Shown: piece by piece, positions 22,456-33,829 of the stretch
Layout: the number at the start of each line of letters is the position of its first letter
How positions within the stretch are numbered: the first letter of the stretch is position 1
NCBI GenBank assembly: GCA_015680685.1
Contig: MNCI01002612.1
Coordinates: forward strand, 348,514-412,513
DNA length: 64,000 nt
DNA from: Gnetum montanum
Lineage: Eukaryota; Plantae; Gnetophyta
Direction of reading: 5' to 3'
Translations under genes and position numbers: made by a program
The notes under the pieces: model-generated
Seen by the model: the letters and a program-made list of their open reading frames with translations, nothing else
Databases searched by the model: none
Told to the model about the DNA's origin: nothing

Positions 22456-23588
22456 TGTGGATCATTGAATTTAAAAGGGAGGGGGATGAATAAGTTCCCT
22501 AATTTTCAATTCTTTGACACAAGAGCACACCAATTTTAATGTGGTTCCCAAAAGTTGGGTAGTCCACCCTTGAAAGGTAGTTCACAAGCACACCTTTAGA
22601 CTTTTTTCCTTCCAAATTGTGGTTTGAGGGGTCCATATCCTATACAATCTTCAAGCCATGCTCCAGAGTGTTGTGCTACAACACCAACCACTCAACCCCG
22701 CAAGGTCCCATTAGGCTTGGAATGTGGTTTCCAGGCTTCTTCAACTTTTATAATTTTGATCTCCACTCAAGAGTGTTGTACCCCAACACCAACCACGCAA
22801 TCTCATAGGATTCCAACAAGCTCAATCAAGATGCCTTCTCGTAACAAGCACATCAACCCTACAAGGAAATAAGAGAATAATAATTACAAGGGATGAAAGC
22901 AACTTAGTTTGCTGATCCTTGTACTTTGAGGTACAACACACTATACAATGAACAAATGATGATACAATGAAGGGAAACAATGATTAAAATAATAGACAAA
23001 TGATTAGATAATGATTGCACATAAGCTTGCACATTTCTAAATGCATATGATGTCTTCTTATAGTTGTCATGTTTCCAAATCCATCTTGCAAAGCATGCAA
23101 TGGCTGGACAATGGTTACTAATGGTCATGGAAGACGTCTTCTTTGTACCTGAGATGTCTTTATGTATTTTCCCTCTATTATGGGAAGAAATCTTTGTCTA
23201 GGAAATACATATTTTTGAAATCTCTGTTCTGGGAAGATGTCTTTGTTTGATGGAAGATATCTTTCTAAAATTGGCCTACATTATGTGAAGATGTCTTTAC
23301 CTGATGGAAGATGTCTTTGTTTGAGGAAAGATGTATGCTATTTCTTGAAGACGTCTTTTCCTAAGCATCCTTTAGTTCTACCAAGATGTCTATTATTTCT
23401 TAGAGATGTCTTTCTTCAAATTCCTTTTAATGATAAATTCTTCATTCCTTGTCCATGCTCATCAAACTTCAACAAATCTTCTTATCTTGATTAAAGGTTT
23501 TGTCCTTCAAGCACAACAATCACACACACACAAAAGCAACCTAAGTTCTCCATTTTCCTTAAATTTTTGACATACCAAAAGATCAACA
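22456..23588 (-). repeat. 5' LTR of SIRE-like Copia
   Basis: Plus strand TGTGGATC...GATCAACA (inverted ends); same family as 53345-54580. Confidence 0.88.
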
Positions 23589-23899
23589 TCTTTAACTTCG
23601 ACTATAAATTGTTCTCCCAACTTTAGAAATCAGGAATATAAACAACCTTTTACTTAGTTATATAAAGTAATTTCATTATTTATGACATATTTAAAATGAT
23701 TCCAATAGAAAAAATGAATATTAGGCAACGTAGAAATGATCGAACTCTTCAACTTTAATTACCTCATACCAAATTGTTCTATACAGAAGTCATGTACAAG
23801 ATGAAAAAAAAGCATGATAAAGAGTCAAGCAAGACTCTATTGATTGTGTCAAAAACATAACAATGTACATGGTTTTCAAAAAGTATTAAAAAAATAGCA

Positions 23900-25355
23900 A
23901 CAATGACTCTATTTAGTGCCCTCCATATGGGTATCTTCTTCCACTACTTCTGTAGCTCTAGTGTCAATGAAATCATCCTCAGTCAATGTGTCATCAACCT
24001 ACTCAACAAGTTTATCTACCATTTGAGTTATATCTAATGGTCCTACATTTGCTATGGGCTCTAGTGTAGCCATGCCCATCAACTTAGGATCAGGAATGTC
24101 CTTCACCAACTCCCTTAAATTAATGTCTCTATGCAATTCCATCAACTACTGAAATGTATATTTAGCTATTGTTCCATAGTTGATGACAAGATGGGTCTGT
24201 CTCCTCTCCAAGTGGCCAAAATGTTGATGCATCTGAGACTCGAATGCATTAATCCTCGTAGAAAGACCATCTATGAATGTTGTTATCCTAGCCTTAATTT
24301 CCTCCAAGTATTGAAAAATGGTAGCCCCATCTTTTAATTGTTGCTATTGCAATGGATGAACATAGATAGCACGGGGTTGATCACCTTCACCATAATACTC
24401 ATCCCATCTAGTCTTACCACCATCCTATAGTACTCAAGGATTAGGGAGCCATACCAAATCATTAAATAAAGTTTTAGAGAGTCATTAAGTATAAAATTCA
24501 TATTTCAAATGAGGCAACTAGTCCTCATTGAACACCTACACATCCTTTGCATCATGATTAGGAGGTGGAATCTACCAATGCCTAAAAATGGGAGATGCAA
24601 CTAATGAAAATGGAATTGTCAATGCATCCTTGGTAAGGATTTACATCTTTATGAGTAAAATGTATGGGTAGTTTAATGAAAAATCTCCCTCCAAATCAAG
24701 TAGGACCATCAATGCAAAAGACATCACATGTGTATGATGAGTGACATCAAGGAGATTGGTGTGAATAGTTCTCACAAGAACTCTCTGTTTAGGGGTGAAT
24801 TTCTTGTAAGGCTAACCAACCTCATATGACTCCACCTCATGAACCCTGACAAGCAACTATGTTCTTTATATGAAGATGCATTAGTGAAAAATTCCTTGTG
24901 TGCACCAATGGGCATTTCTAGTGCATCCTCTAGGATCTTCTCTATTAATGAAAACCCACAATTACCTATGCAAACAACCATAGATGATGTTACACCTTGA
25001 ACATGTGACATGTAAAAGAGATGTGCCTTCTCTTCATAATATTCAATCCTACCACTCATGATGAAGCTAAGGTGATGTTGAATTAGCTTGACATGCATCT
25101 CTGACCATACCAGCTGCATTAATGCATTAAAGTCCTTATGATCTTATATAGAGGTTGATTTGAACTAAGCCTCTCGATGCTAACGTTCCTCTAGTGGTTG
25201 TTGCTCCTGAGCCTGACGATATTCATCATGCTCTCTTTGAGCATCTCATGTAATAGCTTAGGCACCAAGCTGTTGTTGACTCTATGTCTGCCTTCTTTCC
25301 TCTTGTCCTTGCAGTCTACTAGACTTTCTTTGGTTGTTTGCCTATGAACCATCTC
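23900..25355 (-). pseudogene. Degenerate plant-transposon-protein-like gene, convergent with the Ulp1 gene
   Basis: After a TTTTATCTTCATAG acceptor it reads MVHRQTT..KSSRLQGQEERRQ, a Q/E-rich stretch, EYYEEKAHLFY..GFSLIEKILEDALEMPIG (ORF 24772-25119), then LLDLEGDFSLNYPYILLIKM..IPFSLV. Same motif pattern as 8100-8700. Confidence 0.5.
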
Positions 25356-25422
25356 TCTATGAAGATAAAATACATAGCATTAAAAATTTAAAAACATAAA
25401 AATAATATAAAAAAGCATTATC

Positions 25423-25603
25423 TATCAAAGCTATCAATATAACCATTACCTTAACTCTTTGATGCATAAATTTAGTGAGAACACACTAGATTCTTGGAAA
25501 TTCTTGATTGTATAAAAGAATTATATCAAAGTTATCAACCTAGCCATTACCTTAATCCTTTATTTTGTAACTTAGTGAGAACACAATAGATCCTTGGACA
25601 TTT
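25423..25603. repeat. Imperfect ~100-bp tandem duplication
   Basis: TATCAAAG.TATCAA...CCATTACCTTAA...TTAGTGAGAACACA.TAGAT.CTTGGA occurs at 25423 and 25524. Confidence 0.85.
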
Positions 25604-26854
25604 TTAAAAGCCATAACGTTCCAACGAAACATGTGCTAATGTATCATTATCATATGTTTAATGCTCACAAAAAAATTAGTAAATGAACAAATGCATAACT
25701 ATGCCTACATTCAAACTCAGATTTCCAAGAGAAACTAGCAGCTTCCCATCCTTGTAGTAAAATATGCGAGGAACCTACTAGTAAATTAATCATACATAAC
25801 AAATTTTTTAACATTCACTGACCTATTACCATCTATGTCATACATAAAAATTTCTTTTAACATGATGTAAGACTTTGCTAAATGCCTTAATCATATAATT
25901 CTCTATTTTTAAAACTTTCTATTTCATTATTTAATACGAATACCCATATTCAGACATATGTAAACTAAGTTGCAAATTTAGGTTATATTTGCACTTCTAA
26001 ATTATTCTACTTTTTCTATATTTTGTTTGGGATTTCAAAACTTAGGTTAATACCAAGTGCATATGACACAAAGAAATTGTAGACTTACAAGCACAATTCA
26101 TTTATGTTAAAAAAAAAATCAAATACATGACTTATGAAATATCCCATGCATGACTCACAACTCACAAAAAATGCCACATGCCCTCACAATATGATCATCA
26201 CTTGTCCAAGTTAAAAAATAACCAATCATTGATAATCTATGTACAATAAAGGTTTAGAATACATAATTCTAGGATTGGATCAATTTGAAGAAAAATAATT
26301 TAAGCTTGGGTTGTTACAACTTCAAGAATCAAAGCTATTTCCCACCACTTCCGTTGGTGTTGATGAATTCTGCTATCTCCTATGATTGGTGGCGATGACG
26401 TTGTCATTCTCGATGCACTCTCTTTTGCTGAAGGAGAATTAATGGTCAAAATGTATCATTTTCTTCGCAATAGCCCTAGTTTTATTTTTTAACATTTTCG
26501 CACGATGTGACTGTGGATCAGATCCACTTTGCAGTTTAAGATACTAAAATGTGGGACACATTTATTTATGTGACTCACACTTTTCAATTTGTCCTATGTG
26601 TCGCATGATATACTATGAATTGCAGTTCAACGAAAAAATGCAAGTGGCAACGACTGGCACTATCAATGCCAAGTTTCTATTTCTTTTTAATTGTTAAACT
26701 AAGACACACATAATAGTCACTAACAATAGATGTGATTTGCATCTACTTGTAGTCTCAAAATGCGAATTTCATGCGACTTGCAGTAAATATAGAATTTATT
26801 ATGGTCATATGCAAGGCTCACAAGAAATGTAGAATTTATTGTGGTCATATGCGG

Positions 26855-29800
26855 CTAGTAGTAGTGCCCTTGCAGAGGCTTTTAGAAAACGTTGTGCTTT
26901 CAGTGAGCGAAAAGTACTTGGAAATCACATCTTTCTATACATAGACATGTTTCTGAAGAACTTTTCCAAAGAGCATGAGGGAGTGCATCTAGTAGCCAAC
27001 CTGTAGGGGATTCCAAAAGCCTACTAGCCATAGGAAGCATGCATTCACTCTTGCATAGATGCTTCTGGTGGTACATAAAACTTTTAGTAATACCTGATAG
27101 TGGACTGCAAGGGACTACTAGTAGCAATACCCTCACAGGAGCCTTTGGAAAGCATTGTGATTTTGGTGACATGAAACTACCTGGAAATCATAGCTTCTAG
27201 TGCACAGACACATTTCTAAAGAACTTTTCCAAAGAGTGCGAGGAAGTATGTCTAGTAGCCAACTTGCAAGGAATTTCATAAGCATACCAACTACTAGAAG
27301 CACACATTCACTTTTGCATAGATGCTTCTAGTTGCATGGAAGACTTCCAACAATATTTTAGAGCAAACTGCAAGGGACTCCTAGTAGCAATACCATCGCA
27401 AGAGCCTTCGAAATGCATTGTGCTTCCAATGACATGAAAGTACTTGGATATTTTAGCTTCCAATGCATAGATGCATTTCCAAAGAATTTTTCTAAAGAGT
27501 GTAAGGAGATGCATCTAGTAGCAACTCATAGGGGATTTTGAAAGCCTACCAGCTATTGGAAGCACACATTCACTCTTGCATAGATGCTTCCAATGGTACA
27601 AAAGACTTCTAGCAATATTTTATAGTAGATTACGAAGAATTGCTAGTGGTAGTACCCTTGGAGGAGTCTCTGGAAAGTGTTGTGCTTCTGATGACCTAAA
27701 AGTACTTGGAAATCGTAGCTTTTGGTGCACAAACACATTTCTAAAGAGTGTGAGGGGGTGCATCTAGCAACCAACCCATATGGGATTCTAGAAGCCTACT
27801 AGCTATCGGAAGCACACATTCACTCTTGCATAGATGCTTCTAGTGGCATGGAAGAATTCCAACAATATTTTATAGTAGGTTGCAAGGGATTTCTAGTACT
27901 AGTACCCTTGAAAGGACCTCTACAAAGCATTGTGCTTTTGTTAACCTAAAAGTACTTGGAAATTACAACTTCTAATACACATTTTCAAAGAACTTTTCTA
28001 AAGAGTTTGAGGAGGTGTGTCTAGCATCTAACCTACAAGGGATTCCAGAAGCCTACTAGCTATTAGAAGCACACATCCACTCTTGCATAGATGCTTCTAG
28101 TGGAATGAAAGATTTCCAATAATATTTTACAGCATATTGCAAGGAACTACTAGTAGGAATACCCTTGCAAGAGCCTCCAAAAAGTGTTGTGCTTCCAATG
28201 ACATGAAAGTACTTGGAAATCATAGTTTCTAGTGTATTGAAGTGTTTCTAAAGAACTTTTCCAAAGAAGGTGAGGGGGCACATCTAGTAACCAACCCAGA
28301 AGGGATTCCAAAAGCGTACTACCTATTGGAAGTATGCATTCACTCTTGCATAAATGCTTATGATGGCACGAAGGACTTATAGCAATATTTTATAGTAGAT
28401 TACGAGGGATTGCTAGTAGTAGTATCTTTGCAAGGGCTTCTAGAAAGCATTGTGCTTTCAATGACTTGAAAGTACTTAGAGATCCTAGCTTTTGATGCAT
28501 AAACATGTTTTCAAAGAACTTTTCCAAAGAGTTTGAGGGGGTGCATCTAGTAGCAACCCACAAGGGATTTTGGAAGCCTACTAGCTCCCAGAAACAAACA
28601 TTCACTCTTGCATAGATGCTTTCGATGGCACAAAAGGATTATAGGAATATTTTATAATAGACTACAAGGGATTACTAGTAGCAGTACACTCAAAGAAGCC
28701 TCTAGAAAGCATTGTGCTTTTGGTGACTTGAAAGTACTTGGAAATCATAGCTTTTGGTGCACAAACACATTTTTGAAGAACTTTTCCAAAGAGTGCAAGG
28801 GGTACATCTAGTAGCAAACCCATAGGGGATTCTAGAAGCCTACTAGCTATTGGAAGCATGCATTCACTTTTACATAGATGCTTCTAGTGGCACAAAAAAA
28901 TTTCAAAAATATTTTACAATAGGCTGCAAGGGATTGCAAGTAGTAGTACCCTCATAGGAACCATTAGAAAGCATTGTGGTTCTAGTGACTTGAAAGTACT
29001 TAGAAATTGTAGCTTCTAGTACATAGACCTATTTTTGAAGAACTTTATCAAAGAGTGCAAAGGGATGTATCTAGTAGCCAACCTATAGAGGATTATGAAA
29101 GCCCACCAGCTATCGGAAGCATGCATTCATTCTAGCATAGATGCGTCTAGTGGCATGGAAGATTTTTAGCAATATTTTACAACATACTATAAGGGACTTG
29201 TAGTAGTACTACCCTTGTAGGAGCCTTTGGAAAGCATTGTGTTTCTTGTAACCTAAAAGGACTTGGAAATCATAACTTTCAGTGCATAGATGCATTTCCA
29301 AAGAATTTTTGCAAAGAGTGTGAAGGGGTGTATCTAGTAGCCATCTTGCAAGAGATTCTAGAAGCCTATCAACTACTAGAAGCATGCATTCACTCTTGCA
29401 TAGATACTTCCAATGGCACAAAAAAATTCCAATGATATTTTACATCATACTACAAGGAACTGCTAGTAGCAGTACCTTTGCAAGTGCTTCTAGAAAGTAT
29501 TGTGCTTCTAGTGATCTAAAAGTACTTGGAAATCATAGCTTTTGATGCATAGAAGCATTTTTGAAAAAATTTTCCAAAGAGTATGAGGGGGTGCCTCTAG
29601 TAAACATCCTATAGGTGATTTTGAAAGTTTATTAGCTACTGGAAGCATGCATTCACTCTTGCATAGATTCTTTCGATGGCATAGAAGACTTCCAACAATA
29701 TTTTGCAACATACTACAAGGGACTGTTAGTAGTTGTATCCTTGTAGGGGCTTTCATAAAGCGTTGTGCTTCTATCACCTAAAAGTACTTTAAAATCACAA

Positions 29801-30080
29801 CTTCTAGTCCATAGATGAGTTTCTGAAGAACTTTTTCAAAGAGTGCGAGGAGGTGTGTCTAGTAGCTAACCTATAGGAGATTCAAGAAGCCTACTCGCTA
29901 CCAGAAACATGCATTCACTTTTTCATAGATGCTTCTAGTGGCAAGTAAGACTTCGAGCAATATTTTACATCATACTATGAGGGATATCTAGTAGCAATAC
30001 CCTCGTAGGGACTTCTAAAAGCCTACTAGCTATTAGAAGCATGCATTTACTCTTGCATGGATGCTTTCGGTGGTCCCCAT
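26855..30080. repeat. Tandem satellite array, ~262-bp unit, ~12 diverged copies
   Basis: The anchor CATTCACTCTTGCATAGATGC recurs at about 27042, 27305, 27567, 27817, 28074, 28337, 28599, 28861, 29124, 29387, 29650, 29912 and 30044. Confidence 0.95.
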
Positions 30081-31774
30081 TATAGCAACCAAAAATGTTG
30101 ATGGCTTGAGTAGTCATGCTGAGGGATCTATGGCTATGGTACAACCCTAACCCCACTCTCATTTGAAGGGTCATCACTAGAGGGGAAAAATAGAGGTGAA
30201 GCACCTGGGATGACCTTGTTGATTAAACTAGGACTTACTAAGTGTTTCGACAAACAAGTGCTAAGGATTTTCATGGTGTTTTTAGTGGTACCAGGGTTGA
30301 CTAAGCTCAAGCTTAGCAAGGTTTCCCAATGCAAAAATGATGATGAAAACATGCAAATATGTGCAAAATAGAAAAAAATGCAAGTGCAATGCTAACTGCC
30401 AAAGAAAATGCTTGAAAATGTAAAGGAGTTTGAGAGAAGAAGAATGGAACTACCCCAAATAAGGGAAGCATAGCAATTGCAAAGAAGAGGTGAGGAGGTA
30501 CATGGTGTACAGATAGGCATAGTAGGTAGTGTAGTCATAGTCTCTAGGATGTCCAGGTTATGAAAACTAACATTTGCCATGAAGTCTGTGCCTGCTAGGT
30601 TAGCTGCCATGGTGTCCTACTAGCATGCAATGTGCTGCAGTGTGCAAAGGTGTTGCCAAGGTATTGAGCAATCTAGGGTGCATGGGTTCTTGATTTGCTT
30701 TAGGTTTGTTAGATGAAAAATGCCACGCAAATGCAAACTTACTGACTAAAAAATTCCCACCAAAGTTTGAATTTTGCCAACTAAATGCTTCAAAATCCCA
30801 ACCCCTAAAATGTGAAACCTTAAGGGTATTTATAGGATTAGGGTTGATGTAAAGTGTGGATTGGACACCACATGGCATGAGAGTAGTTGGGGCTACATTG
30901 ACCCAACTACGCTCTCACTAGAGCAACTGGTGCTACACTCTAGTGTGCTCCAATGGACCCCAAGAGACTACTAGAGTATGACTATGCTACCAAGACTACA
31001 TGTGCTAGAGTTGAAAAGATTGCAATGTACCTGCAAATAGTGCAAAACAGTGCAATTTGGAGGCTACGCTCTAGGACTATGCTCTCCCCTCTTTCGAGTG
31101 GGATTAAGCATAGGTATAATCTTGGGACAAATAGGGGATGCAAAAGAAATGAAAATTACTAATATTATTTACTAGAGGAATGCTGAGGCTAAGATAGAGG
31201 CTGATACTGAGCTTTGGAAGATTTTGGAGGCTGTCTTGCATTACTATGCTAGCTACGCTATGGAAAGTAGCCCAATAGTTAGGCAAATTTTGCAAAAATT
31301 AAAGTCTAATGCTAGCTACACTCTAGAGTGTAGTAGGGGAAAGTGAGAGTGTAGCACTAGCACTTAGAAAAAATTTGGCAATCCTCATCCAGGCTACATT
31401 GGCTACACTCTAGGGCATAGTAGGAGGGGTAGCCCTAGGAGTTAGAAAATCTGCCAACCTATTTCTTCCATTTTACACTAGCTTGACACTTAGGCAAACT
31501 AGCCACTGAAGTGCATGCTACATTAGCTATGCTCTAGAGTGTAGTAGGGAGAATGAGAGCATAGCATAACACTAAGAAAAATTTTTGCAACCATTGTTGA
31601 CACTTAGAAAATTTTACAAATTTAGTTCTATGCTACACACTACAATGACTATGCTTTGGAGCGTAGTCTTAGTAGTGGAAGCATGGGCCAAACACTTGGA
31701 AAAAATTTACCTCATGTTGACACTTAGAAAAATTTTCCATTGAGATGCTATCATCCAAATTTGGTGGTGTTTCA
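30081..31774 (-). repeat. 3' LTR of the Tat element
   Basis: Collinear with 46188-47884 from TATAGC to TTTGGTGGTGTTTCA; adjacent PPT at ~31778-31787. Confidence 0.9.
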
Positions 31775-33409
31775 TTAGCCCCTCTTTATTGACATTTGGA
31801 GGAGTGGCCTGAGAGACATCGACAAAGAATCCGAAACACCATAGTAGGCGTGACATCAACATTTTTCATTGGTACCTAGTTGGAGGGTACTTCGTTGGGC
31901 TCAAGAGTGCTAAAGATAATGGTATGCTAAAGGTAATGGTGTACGGAATTGACTTGGGATAGCAAGGGAGGAATGATATGTAACTAATGTATCATGCTGC
32001 AAGATGTAGAGTTAGCATGACTAACCATGATCATGGCATGAGGGTGGTTTGTGGCTGACATAATGACCTCTCATCATAATTCTTGTGAGAGATCCATCAC
32101 CCATAGCACCGAAATGGCTTACCCTTAACATGTTGGCCTCTCGTCAGAGTGCTCATGAGAAGGCCAATGCGAATTTAGGGTTGGATGGTTGGAAAATTGT
32201 AGCTTTACTAAATTCTGCTTAGGGACATGTTTTACCCCTATTTTTTCTTTTTTTAATGTTTTATGATTTTTTCTTTTACTTTTTGCTTTTCTCTTTGTGA
32301 AATGCTAACTACAAGATGCTCATCATTGAGTGGAATACATGCCACTCGATAGGCTTTTCTTAGAGGCAACCACGTCACATCTGTGGGATAGGTGTTTTCT
32401 CCTTGGGATGAGTTGTGCTACATCCACTTGGGCTTTGACTAGCCCACAGAGGCTCCCCATCGGATGAGTTGTGTTACATCCATCATGGGTTCTGTAATCG
32501 ACTGAAAGAAGGGTGCCATGTGCATTGGAGAAGCTTGCAGGAAAGGCAGGAAAATGTAAGGTAAAGGGGTAAATGCAAATATGTTATGGTAGGGTAAGAG
32601 GGACATGCACTCTTAAGTGGCTTGGTGAGTACAACTAGGCACATTAGAGTAATGTGGTAACTTGCTGCTACAATGAAACATGTCTCGAAACAACCACCTC
32701 CATGGATTTGTCTTGCAAACACAATGCAGAGAAAATAAGAGAATAGCCACATAACATGAGATAAGAGAAAACTATTGGTTGCAAGGATGCTACAAGTGCC
32801 ACAAGTGTTGGACTAGTTGCAAGAGCTTTTAGTGCCAAAGTAGGAAGGCTAGTGTAAGTGTCGAAGCCAAAAGGTTGCAAAAGCTCCAATAGCCACACTG
32901 GAAGCAAGCACCCCAAGGAGGGTAGCAAAATGGTCAAGGATGATGGCAATGCAGGTGCTTAAGACTCCACACCAAGGATAAGAGCTTGGAAATCCAACAA
33001 AATGGTAGAAAGATAGGATGTTGAATGCAATTCCAAGCTTAGCCAATGGTGATGGCTAAAGGATGGTAGTAAGGTAGCTGGGCCACAATACTACTGGTAC
33101 TCCAGTGAGTGGTGCTGATGGTGAGAGCTCTAACCAATAATGAAGTACCAAAGGTCAATAATGCTATCGGTGCAGCCTAGGGATGGTACTACTAGTAATG
33201 GTGGAAAGAGCTATGGAAGATCAACAAAATGCCCAAGGGCATCTTCCGAGGATCAACAAAATTCTAAGGGTGGTAACATTGCAAATGTTCCAGAGGCCTC
33301 TCTTGATGATGTAAACTCTATTTTGGAACTACAACACCCTACCTTGCCCTACCTGCGAGGTGTGGGTAGATGATGGAGGATCAAAAATTTTCATGGTCAC
33401 TTGTCCTTA

Positions 33410-33760
33410 GAACTGGGCGTGCTAAGCTATGCGTGCTAAACTACGAACCTAGTTTAAGGTCTTGGTAGACCATGATGTGCTAGTTTATAGTCCTAGAAGA
33501 CTATTATATGCTAGTTTAACATCATAGAAGATGGCAGATGTTGTGCTAGTTTAACGTCATGACACAAGGACAAGCTATGCCAATTTAGCATCATAGCGGA
33601 TGTGCTATGGATGCGAGTTTTAGCATCATGGCCCAAGGAAAATTTGTGCTAGTTTAACATCATAGCTAATGTAATGTACCAGTTTAACTTTGTAGTGGAT
33701 GCTCTATGCTAGTTTAAAATCATAGTGGGTTCTCTATGCTAGTTTAATGTCATAGCGAAC
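33410..33760. repeat. Short degenerate tandem repeats (TGCTAGTTTAACATCATAG-like) in the Tat 3' UTR
   Basis: About ten copies of a GCTAGTTTAA core at ~30-40 bp spacing. Confidence 0.8.
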
Positions 33761-33829
33761 ACATGCTTACCTTGCTTTGTTATTGATGTAGCGTTGAGTA
33801 CTCATTACTGCCTAGGTTAACAAGCTTAA

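Larger units (their letters stand above)
17542..23588 (-). mobile_element. Ty1/Copia LTR retrotransposon, SIRE-like, degenerate, no env-like ORF
   Basis: Minus-strand order is zinc knuckle, PR, INT, RT, RH. iMet-type PBS at 22441-22453. PPT CCAAAAAGGGGGAGAT at ~18504-18519 plus extra upstream PPT-like tracts. Two related LTRs. No TSD confirmed; the left LTR is shortened at an N at 17551. Confidence 0.85.

Noticed and set aside
6954-26866. CACTA termini (CACTACAA at 6954 and TAGTAGTG at 26866)
   Set aside because: The two ends are not complementary beyond 6 bp, no 3-bp TSD was seen, and the right-hand motif is the start of a satellite unit.
26855-30080. CRISPR-like array or repeat-protein gene
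   Set aside because: Whole units repeat with no unique spacers, the context is eukaryotic, and the 262-bp period with frequent stops is not consistent with coding.
31800-33400. Possible extra ORF in the Tat 3' region
   Set aside because: Only short fragments in mixed frames and no recognisable motif; cannot be supported without a family consensus.
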